Source of the DNA: a virus | Lineage: Duplodnaviria; Caudoviricetes | IMG/VR virus record: IMGVR_UViG_3300043579_000144 | Coordinates: 1 to 40,192 of that record | Strand: one strand, 5' to 3' | DNA: 40,192 bases | In this document: positions 25,083-33,132 of the stretch, piece after piece | Position numbering within the stretch: position 1 is the first letter of the stretch | How the letters are laid out: each line of letters begins with the position of its first letter | The notes under the pieces: model-generated | The model's input: the letters and a program-made list of their open reading frames with translations, nothing else | Databases searched by the model: none | Told to the model about the DNA's origin: nothing | Program-made: the position numbers and the translations under genes

Positions 25083-26669
25083 CTAGAATCGCTTGAGCGC
25101 CGGCAGCTGGCGGAACCCAGGCGCGTGGCCGTTTCGGCCAGCATCGGCCGGCTCCTCCTCCGTATCGTCGTCCGCCGGCTCCTCATCGTCGTCCGCCGGC
25201 TTGTCCTCTTTCTTCGTGGGCGGTCCGCCAGGGGCGGCCGGCGCAGGGGTCCCGGCGATGTTCACGCCGGCCTCATCCGCAATGGCCTGCTCCTCCTTCA
25301 GCTCCTCCACGATTTCCTCCACGTCAGCGCCCTGCTCCGCCAGGAGCCGGGTGCGGCTGGTCAGGCCGTTCCTGATGCCCAGCTCGCCCGCCTGGATGTC
25401 CTTGAGCGGGTCCACCCACGGCCAGCCGCGGGGCACGAACTTGACCGCCTGGAACTTCCGCGGGTCCCGCGTGTCCAGGACCAGGTTGGATGACAGGATG
25501 GACTGCGCCAGCCACTCGCGGAACACCGGCACCAGGAAGGACGCAATCCACCACTCCTGGAGCATCCGCCACACGTCGCGCTCCACCAGGAGTCCGGACC
25601 GCATGGAGCTGTAGTTGACGCCCTCCAGGTCATTCGCCAGGACGTTGTACGACACGCCCAGGCCGGCCGCGATTTGCCGCAGACATGCCTTGACGAACTC
25701 CGGGAACGCCGCGCTGGGATGGTCGGGGGACCAGTCTTGCAGCTCATATCCATCCGGCGCGAAGTCGAACGTTCCCGGATTCGCCTCCGTGGTCAGGTTG
25801 CCGTTTTCGTCCGGCGCCACCTCGCCCGCGGTGGTCCCTTCCTTCCGGACGAACCAGCCCATTTTCGCGGCACCCGTCCTGGCGGCCACCAGCTCCGCCT
25901 CCACGTAGCCCTCCAGCATCCGCAGCGGCAGCATCACGGACGCGAACCAGGTAACGCCGCGGGTCTGATTCACGCGGTCCGGGTCATACAGGTGCAGCAC
26001 CTGGTCCGCCGGGATGCGCTCGCGCACGCGCACGCCGGCACCGTAAATGCCTTCCGGCAGATTCCAGACGTGGTACGCCACGCGGCGCCCGGTCGAATCC
26101 ATCTCCACGCCCATCCGGATTTCAGCCTGGCCCTTGCCTGGCATCACATTCAGGCGCTCATCCAGCAGGTCCGGGTCCAGCGGCTCCAGGGCGAGCGCGT
26201 GCGGCAGGTCAGGCCGGCGGTGGAATCGCACCAGCACCTCACCGTCCGCGGCCACTGTCTTGATGCACACCTGCTGGAACCTGGCCAGGGTGAGCCGGCC
26301 GTCCAGGCTCACGTTCTGTGACCAGTCACGCCATGCCAGCTCCAGGCGGTCATTGATGGGCTTGGCCAGGCGGCCGTCATTGTTCCGGACCTGCGCCTGG
26401 AGGGTCATACCGCGGTGACCGATGACGTTTGCGCCCAGCAGGTTCAGGTACTGGCGCGCCACGGCGGAGTTGCGGCGCAGCTCACGGCCGCGGGCGCGCA
26501 GCCTGGTGAGGCTGGTGCGCACCTCCTGGTCCGCGGCCACCGGCCTGGTCACCCAATCCGCCGTCAACCGGCTCAGCTCAGCGCCCTTGAACGCCTCGCG
26601 CTTCGCCGGCCCGGTCAGGGCTGCCCAGGCGCGGGACAGGCGGGTGCGCAGCGGCAGGCGGCGGCTCAA
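25083..26669 (-). CDS. Portal protein, lambda family
   Basis: LRARGREL.RN, DGEV, GVEMD..GRRVAYH, QTRGV, NYSSMRSGLLVER and GWPWVDPLKD motifs. Confidence 0.93.
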   Translation of the reverse strand: MSRRLPLRTRLSRAWAALTGPAKREAFKGAELSRLTADWVTRPVAADQEVRTSLTRLRARGRELRRNSAVARQYLNLLGANVIGHRGMTLQAQVRNNDGRLAKPINDRLELAWRDWSQNVSLDGRLTLARFQQVCIKTVAADGEVLVRFHRRPDLPHALALEPLDPDLLDERLNVMPGKGQAEIRMGVEMDSTGRRVAYHVWNLPEGIYGAGVRVRERIPADQVLHLYDPDRVNQTRGVTWFASVMLPLRMLEGYVEAELVAARTGAAKMGWFVRKEGTTAGEVAPDENGNLTTEANPGTFDFAPDGYELQDWSPDHPSAAFPEFVKACLRQIAAGLGVSYNVLANDLEGVNYSSMRSGLLVERDVWRMLQEWWIASFLVPVFREWLAQSILSSNLVLDTRDPRKFQAVKFVPRGWPWVDPLKDIQAGELGIRNGLTSRTRLLAEQGADVEEIVEELKEEQAIADEAGVNIAGTPAPAAPGGPPTKKEDKPADDDEEPADDDTEEEPADAGRNGHAPGFRQLPALKRF

Positions 26670-27214
26670 ACTTCATTCCCCGTGCCGGTGAACGCCACCC
26701 GCACCTGGGGACCCATCTTGCCTGGATTCTTTTGTGCCTGGACGGTGCGCTTGAGCGTGGACCGCAGCTCCAGCAGCTCCGCCATGGGGATTTTCGTGAC
26801 CGCCCGGCCGGCGATGGTGTACGCCTGGACGTCCGCGGTGATGCGCCCCGCCAGGACGGCCTCCACCACCACCAGGGTGGCCTCCTCCCAGCTTTGCATG
26901 TCGCCCGCGCCGGCCGCCGCGATGTTCGCCAGGACGGTGACGGTGCCGGAGTCCACCACGTAGGACTCACCGGCCTTGCTGCCGATTTCCCGCCACTGGT
27001 ACGTCCCCGGCTTCAGGTCACCGGACGCCACCGCGCTGATGGTGAAGGTGAAATCAGCGCCGGCCGCGACTCCGGCCAGGTTCAGGACGGACACGCCGGC
27101 CAGGTACAGCTTGCGGGTCCAGCCTGCGTTCGCAGGATAGAGTCCGCCCATGCGCGTAAGCTTCACCGTGGTCCCAGCGAAGAATGCGCTGGGGAGCGCC
27201 GTGAGGTTGGCCAT
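26666..27214 (-). CDS. Head-tail adaptor (gpW-like C-terminal domain with N-terminal extension)
   Basis: YTIAGRAVTKIPMAELLELR motif; directly upstream of the portal gene. Confidence 0.75.
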   Translation of the reverse strand: MANLTALPSAFFAGTTVKLTRMGGLYPANAGWTRKLYLAGVSVLNLAGVAAGADFTFTISAVASGDLKPGTYQWREIGSKAGESYVVDSGTVTVLANIAAAGAGDMQSWEEATLVVVEAVLAGRITADVQAYTIAGRAVTKIPMAELLELRSTLKRTVQAQKNPGKMGPQVRVAFTGTGNEV

Positions 27215-27249
27215 GGGCGGCAGGGTCAGGCCGCCAGGCGGGTGGGTCC

Positions 27250-27299
27250 AGTATAGACTCCAGATACGGTGAGCGGGACCCGGTGCGCTGGGTCCCGCT
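27250..27299 (-). promoter_or_regulatory. Candidate late promoter: TATACT -10 with a 10-bp palindrome at the -35 position
   Basis: Minus strand AGCGGGACCC-N8-GGGTCCCGCT, 16 bp, then TATACT, 35 nt before the gpW-like ATG. Confidence 0.45.
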
Positions 27300-27348
27300 T
27301 CACTCCCCCGTCAGCTGCCTCTCCGGCCAGTCCCTGGCGCGTAAGGTA

Positions 27349-27570
27349 TCAGCTGCCCGCACCGTCCCTGGCGCGTTCCCTGGCGCGCCGCCTGGCGGCA
27401 CGCGTCCGTGCGATGGCCGCCGCGGCCGATGCCTTGCTGGCCTGCGCGCTGCGCTGTGCCGCGGTCATGGACTTGGCCCTGGCCGGCCCACCCTTCAGTC
27501 CGCCCAGGCGCCCCAACACCCTGGCCGCGGTCGAACGCCATGCGGCCTTGCCGTCAGTCTCCTCCGTCAT
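27349..27570 (-). CDS. Small basic protein with GRLGGLKGG.ARA motif (KGG / histone-H1-like)
   Basis: LGRLGGLKGGPARAKSMTAAQRSAQASKA matches the GRKGG..RA..LT.E.RSEIA.KA family pattern. Confidence 0.65.
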   Translation of the reverse strand: MTEETDGKAAWRSTAARVLGRLGGLKGGPARAKSMTAAQRSAQASKASAAAAIARTRAARRRARERARDGAGS

Positions 27571-27604
27571 ATCGTTTTCACCTCCTCCGCTCAAGGCGCG
27601 CATC

Positions 27605-27952
27605 CTAGCGCACTCCCACGTACACGGCAATGGCCCGCGCATTCGCCGCCGGCCTGGTGGACTTCCGATACCCGGTGCGGCGGATGAGGCCGGCGTGCCG
27701 CGCCGCATTGAACGCTGCGCCCATGCTGTTCGGGTGCGTCGGTGTCACGTCCGCAGCTGCAAGCAGCTCCTGCACCTCATCGGCCGTGAAGTCCTGGCCC
27801 GTGCGCGCCAGGATGCGGATGGCCTTGAGCGCCTGCTCATGGAAATGCGGGTCCCGCTTCACGCGCCGCTTGATTCCTGCATCACGCCGCTGCTCGCCCA
27901 GCCTGCGCAGCGCCGGCCACAGCCGGCCCTGTCCTTCCTGATTCGCGGTCAT
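27605..27952 (-). CDS. Putative winged-helix DNA-binding phage protein
   Basis: FTADEV...HPNSMGAAF..A...GLI..TGY..STRP motif common in phage early genes. Confidence 0.65.
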   Translation of the reverse strand: MTANQEGQGRLWPALRRLGEQRRDAGIKRRVKRDPHFHEQALKAIRILARTGQDFTADEVQELLAAADVTPTHPNSMGAAFNAARHAGLIRRTGYRKSTRPAANARAIAVYVGVR

Positions 27953-27953
27953 T

Positions 27954-28076
27954 TCACTGTCCTCCCCATCGGTCGAATGCTTCCATGAGCCAGCCCACCA
28001 GGAACCCCGCCAGCGCCGCACCGCTCAGCGCCAGGATGATGCCCAGCGCGATTGCGATTGCACCCACCGCGTCCAT
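27954..28076 (-). CDS. Small single-pass membrane protein (40 aa)
   Basis: Read by hand: MDAVGAIAIALGIILALSGAALAGFLVGWLMEAFDRWGGQ, with an AGGAGG RBS. Confidence 0.6.
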   Translation of the reverse strand: MDAVGAIAIALGIILALSGAALAGFLVGWLMEAFDRWGGQ

Positions 28077-28087
28077 TGCGTCCTCCT

Positions 28088-28116
28088 GGCCGGCCAGGCG
28101 CGATGCCTGGCCGGCC
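28088..28116 (-). terminator. 12-bp hairpin after the DUF932 gene
   Basis: GGCCGGCCAGGC-GCGAT-GCCTGGCCGGCC, 7 nt after the stop codon. Confidence 0.45.
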
Positions 28117-28123
28117 CCAGGGG

Positions 28124-29173
28124 TTAGTTGCGAGAGAGCGTCACCAGGGAATCCAGCGCCACCTTCTTCGTGGCCAGGAGCCGGCCAGAAATCATGCTGG
28201 CCACGCGGCTGCCGCGGGTGCGGAACAGCTCCGCGTCATGGTCCACCACCTGCACCAGGCCGTTGTACGCCTCCCAGGCGGACAGGTCACCGGTGTGTCC
28301 CTTGCCGGACGTCCAGGCCGCCGTGATGGCCGTGCGCCGCGCATCCGCCGCCGCCCGCGCCAGGTCATAGCCGCGGATGGTCAGGTGAGCGCCGGCCGGC
28401 GTGTGCAGGTCCGGCGGCAGCGGTGCGGACTTGTCCAGGACGCAGCTGGTGAACTCCTGGACCGTCAGGATGCGAGCCTTGAGGTTCGCGTACTGCTCCG
28501 CGATTGCGCGGTACCGGTCCACCAGGCCGCCGAACATCTGCTGTGCGGCCTCCACCACGCGCACCTTCGCGTTCTCGCCGCGGTGCGACACCTTCACCAT
28601 GCCGCCGCGTCCCAGGGCAGCGCCCAGCGTGTTCGCGCACACCACGCGGATGGGGGTTTCCATCATCTGCACGCTGGCGTCACCGGAGTGGTTTGACGTG
28701 ATGAGGCCGAACGGCACCACCTCACGTGCGAACACCTCCAGCACCACCGGGTCCTTCACGTTGAACTTCACCAGCATCCACGCGTCACGGCCGCCGCGCA
28801 GCGTGCCACCCGTCTCCAGCGTGGCCACGCCCTGGTCCAGCAGCGGCTCCAGGATGCCGAACGCGTCCACGTACTGCACCGGCTCATACGTGTCACCCAC
28901 CACCGCCAGGACGGACTCGCGGCCCTGGCGGTCCGTGCGGCGCACCGCCTGGCCCGTGGGGGATTGCAGATACTCCACGCCCGTCCCCGGCTGGTGCTCG
29001 GTCACGTACAGCGGCCTGCACTCCACCGTGAAGTTGCACCCGGCCAGCGTCATGGCCTCCAGGAAGGACGGCGCCTGGTTGAGGATGACGCCCTCTCGGT
29101 GCCAGGGGGTTTCCAGGACGCTGAACATGGAGCGCCGGCCGTTCGCTTCGTTCAAATCCAGCTCATGTGCCAT
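28124..29173 (-). CDS. DUF932 / phage-plasmid TIGR03299-like protein
   Basis: MAHEL..TPWHREG, VVGDTYEPVQ, ETGGTLRGGR..W, SNHSG, TPIRVVCANTL and SAWEAYNGL..DH motifs. Confidence 0.88.
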   Translation of the reverse strand: MAHELDLNEANGRRSMFSVLETPWHREGVILNQAPSFLEAMTLAGCNFTVECRPLYVTEHQPGTGVEYLQSPTGQAVRRTDRQGRESVLAVVGDTYEPVQYVDAFGILEPLLDQGVATLETGGTLRGGRDAWMLVKFNVKDPVVLEVFAREVVPFGLITSNHSGDASVQMMETPIRVVCANTLGAALGRGGMVKVSHRGENAKVRVVEAAQQMFGGLVDRYRAIAEQYANLKARILTVQEFTSCVLDKSAPLPPDLHTPAGAHLTIRGYDLARAAADARRTAITAAWTSGKGHTGDLSAWEAYNGLVQVVDHDAELFRTRGSRVASMISGRLLATKKVALDSLVTLSRN

Positions 29174-29228
29174 TGGGTCCCTCTCTTTTCTGCGTTGTGC
29201 GCTTCGTGGACTTCCTGCTGCTTGGAGG

Positions 29229-29262
29229 AATCTACACCTGGAGCCTGGAGCGGTCAAGGTGA
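29229..29262 (-). promoter_or_regulatory. Early promoter module F
   Basis: CACCTTGACCGCTCCAGG; TTGACC-N17-TAGATT, upstream of DUF932. Confidence 0.75.
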
Positions 29263-29523
29263 TTATTCGGCCTTCCACTCCTTCACGATGGTTTCCGTGC
29301 GCTGGTTGCCGCGGAAGCTGACGCGGGTGACGCGCTTGACGATGACCAGGCGGGACCACTTGCCGGACGCCACATTCAGCTTGAACACCTTGCGAGCGTG
29401 CATCACGCCGCGCATCGGGAAACCGTTGTCCGATTCCGGCGTGCCGTCCAGGTTCCAGCGGTGGAGGAAGTAATCCACCAGCTCGCCGCTTCCGCTTTCC
29501 CGTCCCATCCACCGAAGGCTCAC
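29263..29523 (-). CDS. Hypothetical early protein
   Basis: AGGAG RBS; lies between promoter modules E and F. Confidence 0.6.
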   Translation of the reverse strand: MSLRWMGRESGSGELVDYFLHRWNLDGTPESDNGFPMRGVMHARKVFKLNVASGKWSRLVIVKRVTRVSFRGNQRTETIVKEWKAE

Positions 29524-29571
29524 GTTCCGCTCCTGGTTTGGCGTCCGCTGCTTGACTGCTCCAACACCAGG

Positions 29572-29626
29572 ACTCTCTCATGTTCACCAGGTGCGGTCAA
29601 GGTGGAATGGCCACTGGAGTTGTCAA
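29572..29626 (-). promoter_or_regulatory. Early promoter module E
   Basis: TTGACA..TTCCACCTTGACCGCACCTGG; TTGACC-N17-GAGAGT. Confidence 0.6.
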
Positions 29627-29758
29627 ATCGGCTGGGCAGGGTTCCGGCGCCTACTCGGTGCTACCTTCGGTCGCCGGTCCCCCCGCTGCGTGTGCGTCCA
29701 GGTCCCCTACCGGATTCCTCGGTTCCCCTGGCCAGGTGCCGCAGCGTTGCCCATCCCA

Positions 29759-29974
29759 TCACTCCTGGAGCCACCGGCGGACCAGGACCAGCAGCGCCCT
29801 GGGTGTGTCCTTCCGCCGATTGTTCACCGTCACCCGCCTGGCAGGTTCGGACGGGTGGAACACCACCACCTCCCCCGTCCGCCTCACTCCCCTCACCACC
29901 AGGCCGGCGCCCCTGGCCGCTGCCAGGACGTCCGCCAGCTTCGGGTTTCCCTCCAGCATGGCGTTCACTTCCAT
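29759..29974 (-). CDS. Small protein, HicA-like fold candidate
   Basis: Helix, GLVVRGVRRTGEVVVFHP, RVTV..RRKDTPRALL layout resembles HicA but lacks GSH. Confidence 0.55.
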   Translation of the reverse strand: MEVNAMLEGNPKLADVLAAARGAGLVVRGVRRTGEVVVFHPSEPARRVTVNNRRKDTPRALLVLVRRWLQE

Positions 29975-30114
29975 CCGTTGAGGTTGTGCCCGGCAGCTTC
30001 CAGCACCGCCGCCGCCTCCTCAAACAGGTCCCACTCCTTCGCGCTCATTGACCGCTTACTGCACAGCCGGTTGTACGTCTCCAGCGCCTCCGTCTCCGTC
30101 AGGACCTTGGGCAT
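29965..30114 (-). CDS. Small hypothetical protein (49 aa, MPKVLTETEALETYNRLC...)
   Basis: Read by hand; fills the gap in the leftward early operon. Confidence 0.5.
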   Translation of the reverse strand: MPKVLTETEALETYNRLCSKRSMSAKEWDLFEEAAAVLEAAGHNLNGWK

Positions 30115-30118
30115 GGCG

Positions 30119-30361
30119 TCACCCGCCAATCTGCATCGCGCAGAACTCGTACCGCTTCAGGAACGTCACCGCCGTCATGGACGCGCCGCCGTCCACCTGC
30201 TCCACGCACACCTGGAAAATGACGTGCAGCTGGCGGCTGCCGGGGACCAGCTGCGTGACCTCCACCACCTGGCCCGTCTGCTTGTGCTTGTACGTGCCCA
30301 GCGTCACACGCTTCCCGTCCAGCAGGTCCCGCATCAGGTTCGCCGTGATAAATGAGCGCAT
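30119..30361 (-). CDS. Hypothetical protein (DUF1653-like YKHK motif)
   Basis: GTYKHKQTGQVVEV...FLKRYE; GGAGG RBS in the conserved leader. Confidence 0.6.
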   Translation of the reverse strand: MRSFITANLMRDLLDGKRVTLGTYKHKQTGQVVEVTQLVPGSRQLHVIFQVCVEQVDGGASMTAVTFLKRYEFCAMQIGG

Positions 30362-30539
30362 CGTGTGCCTCCGTGTTTCGGGTTCGCTTCGGGGTTTCGA
30401 TTGTCGGGCGGCTGCATTCGCGCTGGTTTGGTCTGGCCCCTTGGGGCGCCCGGTCCTGGATTCCCGGTGCCGTGTTCTGCCGGGATGTCCGATTCCGTTT
30501 CCCTGTTGCGTCCTGCTGCTGCCACCGCCCAACACAAGG

Positions 30540-30584
30540 ACTCTCTCACGTTCGCCTGGAGCGGTCAAGGTGAAAAGATGTCAA
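30540..30584 (-). promoter_or_regulatory. Early promoter module D
   Basis: TTGACATCTTTTCACCTTGACCGCTCCAGG; TTGACC-N17-GAGAGT. Confidence 0.7.
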
Positions 30585-30680
30585 GTCTGCGGACCCTCCC
30601 AGGGAGCGGACCTGCTCCTTATATGGACGGAAAAGGACCCGTCCGCCAGGCGGCCGCCCGAAACTATTTTCGGACCCCTT

Positions 30681-30722
30681 CATTTTCCACCTTGACCGCT
30701 CCAGGGCTGGCGTGTATATTCC
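30681..30722 (+). promoter_or_regulatory. Early promoter module A
   Basis: CATTTTCCACCTTGACCGCTCCAGG; TTGACC-N17-TATATT. Confidence 0.8.
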
Positions 30723-30775
30723 CTGTGTTGGTTGAAACGAAGTCCCGCAGCGAACCCGAAGCACGGAGGTGGCAG

Positions 30776-31015
30776 ATGCTGAACCAGGTGGTGGCCCTGA
30801 AGCTGAAGGCGGTGAGCGGTGTGGCCACGGTGGTGTTCGCGGGTGGCACGCTGTGCCACGTCCTGGTGGCGCGTGAACCTGGTGACGCGGCCAGCCACGT
30901 GTTTGAGACGTGGCCGGCGGAGCGCGCCAGCGAGGAGCTGCACGCGGCCGCGGTCCTGGAGGCGGACATGCTGTGGACGCTGCACACGATGCCGAAGCGT
31001 GGGGTGGCGCTGTGA
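30776..31015 (+). CDS. Hypothetical early protein
   Basis: GGAGG RBS and ATG start after promoter A. Confidence 0.65.
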   Translation: MLNQVVALKLKAVSGVATVVFAGGTLCHVLVAREPGDAASHVFETWPAERASEELHAAAVLEADMLWTLHTMPKRGVAL

Positions 31016-31341
31016 GCGCCCCCCTGTCCCAGGACAGCCTCCGCCTGCTCAGCCAGGTCCTGACGTTCCGGGACCACCTGCCGGCGGTGAAAACGGACGA
31101 CATGCTGAACATGCGCCTGCTCCGCCTGGAGCGGGAAATCCGGGAGGTGCTGGTGGAGCGGGACCTGGTGCGCCGCCAGCTGTTCCTGGCCGGCAAGCGG
31201 GAGGCCGCCCTGGTGCGCGGCCTCCAGGCCGTGCGCAGCGCCCCCACGCTCCTGGCCGCGAACGATTCCGCGGCCGGCTGCATTCACGCCTGGACCACCG
31301 GGACCCTCCTGGTGGGTGAGAACGGGAAGGGAGGCCGGTGA
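31012..31341 (+). CDS. Hypothetical early protein (coiled coil)
   Basis: GTGA coupling. Confidence 0.6.
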   Translation: MSAPLSQDSLRLLSQVLTFRDHLPAVKTDDMLNMRLLRLEREIREVLVERDLVRRQLFLAGKREAALVRGLQAVRSAPTLLAANDSAAGCIHAWTTGTLLVGENGKGGR

Positions 31342-31598
31342 TGCCTGTGAGCGGAAGGGTGCGGGAGGATGACGCGGACCTGGTGGATTTCGTCGGGGAC
31401 TACTGCGTGGCCCTGGTGCGCAAGCGGTTCCGCGTGTACCAGGACGGCAGCACGTACACCAGCACCAGCGGCATCACCGTGGTCCGCGGCAAGCTGATGC
31501 GCCGCTGGGACCCGGACGCTGGGGACCAGGAAGGGAAGCCGGCCGCCTTCGCCACCCAGGAGGAGGCGGTGGCGTATATCAAGCGGTGGCTCCTGTGA
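31341..31598 (+). CDS. Hypothetical early protein
   Basis: GGAGG RBS, TGATG coupling; C-terminal FATQEEAVAY motif. Confidence 0.6.
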   Translation: MPVSGRVREDDADLVDFVGDYCVALVRKRFRVYQDGSTYTSTSGITVVRGKLMRRWDPDAGDQEGKPAAFATQEEAVAYIKRWLL

Positions 31599-31831
31599 CC
31601 CGCCTGGAGCGCGAGGTGCGCCGCCTGGTCAGCCAGGGCGCCACGGAGTACGTGGTGTCCCTGGTGCCGGCGCGGCACGGCCTGCCGGCCGCGGTGAGCG
31701 TGCGGGAGAAGGGACGGCGGACGGAGTACCAGGTCCCGGTGGGGAACCTGTACGTGCGCCTGGTGGATGCGGCCGTGACCGCCAGGAAGGACGCCAGGCG
31801 GAAGGGACGGACCAGGCTCCGCCGGTGGTAG
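31595..31831 (+). CDS. Hypothetical basic early protein
   Basis: GTGA coupling; VSVREKGRRTEYQV..LY. Confidence 0.6.
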   Translation: MTRLEREVRRLVSQGATEYVVSLVPARHGLPAAVSVREKGRRTEYQVPVGNLYVRLVDAAVTARKDARRKGRTRLRRW

Positions 31832-31838
31832 GAAAGAG

Positions 31839-31885
31839 TTGACATTTTCCACCTTGACCGCCCAGGGTGCGTGGGTGTAGATTCC
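31839..31885 (+). promoter_or_regulatory. Early promoter module B
   Basis: TTGACATTTTCCACCTTGACCGCCCAGG; TTGACC-N18-TAGATT. Confidence 0.75.
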
Positions 31886-31936
31886 TTTACGTAGCAGGAA
31901 GGACGAACGGAGTGGACCCGAACGCAGGAGCCAACA

Positions 31937-32164
31937 ATGAACGCGACGAACCAGGTGGTGGCGGTGGAAACGGTGAAGGCGCTGGGCAAGGTGCGCATCC
32001 AGTGGGCTGACGGCAAGTACGCTTATCTCACCCTGGAGGAAGTTGGCCAGGCGCTGCGCACGTTCGCGGCGCAGCCGAAGGCGGAGGAGCGCGAGGTGTG
32101 GACCTGCTGCGAGTGTGGCGTTGAGTCGCGGAGCTGCACGTGCTTGACCGCGGTGAAGTCATGA
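31937..32164 (+). CDS. Hypothetical early protein with C-terminal Cys cluster
   Basis: AGGAG RBS; CCECG..SCTC. Confidence 0.65.
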   Translation: MNATNQVVAVETVKALGKVRIQWADGKYAYLTLEEVGQALRTFAAQPKAEEREVWTCCECGVESRSCTCLTAVKS

Positions 32165-32466
32165 CCGGCGCCGGCCTGGCCCCGGAGGCCCCGTACAACG
32201 CGGCCCGCACCATCCACCAGGAACTCATGGCCGCGAACCGCGAGAGCGCGGACGGCACCCTGGGCGCGATGCTGAACCACTACGCCAGGGCGAAGGACGC
32301 GCTGGACCACGTGTACCGCGCCTCCTGCGAGCCTGGCCAGCTTTGGTTCTACGGTGAGGTTTTGAAGCTGGTGGAAACCATGAACCAGGCGCACCACGAC
32401 ACGCACGCGGCCGGCGGCCACTGTGCGCTGTGCCACGCGGTGGTGGCTGTCGCGGTGAAGTCATGA
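32161..32466 (+). CDS. Hypothetical early protein (H..H...HCALC)
   Basis: ATGA coupling; flanked by 19-bp direct repeats. Confidence 0.6.
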   Translation: MTGAGLAPEAPYNAARTIHQELMAANRESADGTLGAMLNHYARAKDALDHVYRASCEPGQLWFYGEVLKLVETMNQAHHDTHAAGGHCALCHAVVAVAVKS

Positions 32467-32771
32467 CCGCCCGCAGCGAGTACCTGGCGCTCAACAAGCA
32501 TTCCGCGAAGGTCGCCGCGCAGCTGGCGGTGATGCACTACCTGGGCGAGGCCGCGAAGGTGGCGGCCTGGGACGTGCGCGCAATCGTGCGCACGCGCTCG
32601 CACCAGCTCACCAGGTACGGGGTGCAGTACGGGTGGGTGCGCACCGGACTCACCCGCGGCCTGGCGGAGCAGGGGCGCCCGGAGGTGGAGGCGTTCGGCG
32701 CGTCCTGGCAGGAGGCGGTGGACGCGTTCGTGGTCCAGCTCCGCGAGCGTGCGAAGGGAGGCCCGCGGTGA
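32463..32771 (+). CDS. Hypothetical early protein
   Basis: ATGA coupling; C-terminal AFGASWQEAVDAF. Confidence 0.6.
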   Translation: MTARSEYLALNKHSAKVAAQLAVMHYLGEAAKVAAWDVRAIVRTRSHQLTRYGVQYGWVRTGLTRGLAEQGRPEVEAFGASWQEAVDAFVVQLRERAKGGPR

Positions 32772-33031
32772 ACGCCGCCAGGTACCGCGTCCAGGTCAGC
32801 GACCGTGCCGGAATCTATGTCAATCCGTTCCGCCGCGGCGGTGAGGGTGTGAAATGGTCACCCTGGTACACGGTGGTGATTACCGCCTCCAAGACGATGG
32901 CCACCGCTGAATATTACCGGGTCCTGCCGGAGATGTTCCGCCGGGTCCGGGTCATGCTCCGTAACGTGGAGGTGATGCCGGCCAGCCAATGGGAGAACAG
33001 GCCCAAGCGGCTCCGCAAGCGGCGGTCCTGA
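32768..33031 (+). CDS. Hypothetical early protein
   Basis: GGAGG RBS and GTGA coupling. Confidence 0.55.
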   Translation: MNAARYRVQVSDRAGIYVNPFRRGGEGVKWSPWYTVVITASKTMATAEYYRVLPEMFRRVRVMLRNVEVMPASQWENRPKRLRKRRS

Positions 33032-33032
33032 T

Positions 33033-33080
33033 TTGACATCTTTTCACCTTGACCGCTCCAGGAGCGCCATGCTAGATTCC
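33033..33080 (+). promoter_or_regulatory. Early promoter module C
   Basis: TTGACATCTTTTCACCTTGACCGCTCCAGGAGCG; TTGACC-N18-TAGATT. Confidence 0.75.
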
Positions 33081-33132
33081 TCTACGTAGGACGGAACGCA
33101 GCACGGAACGAACCCGAACGTGGAGGTGCAAG

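Noticed and set aside
22853-25493. Long plus-strand ORFs antisense to capsid/portal (and similar ones over YqaJ, tail tip and terL)
   Set aside because: They mirror well-supported minus-strand genes; typical of about 69% GC DNA.
29630-29762. Possible small ORF (MGWATLRHLARG...) between the HicA-like gene and promoter E
   Set aside because: Short, low-complexity, with several competing frames and no clear evidence.
29229-33080. Repeated ~30-bp motif considered as a CRISPR or mini-array, or as integron attC sites
   Set aside because: Copies are hundreds to more than 1000 bp apart, in both orientations, imperfect, and fit -35/-10 promoter geometry; no cas or integrase genes.
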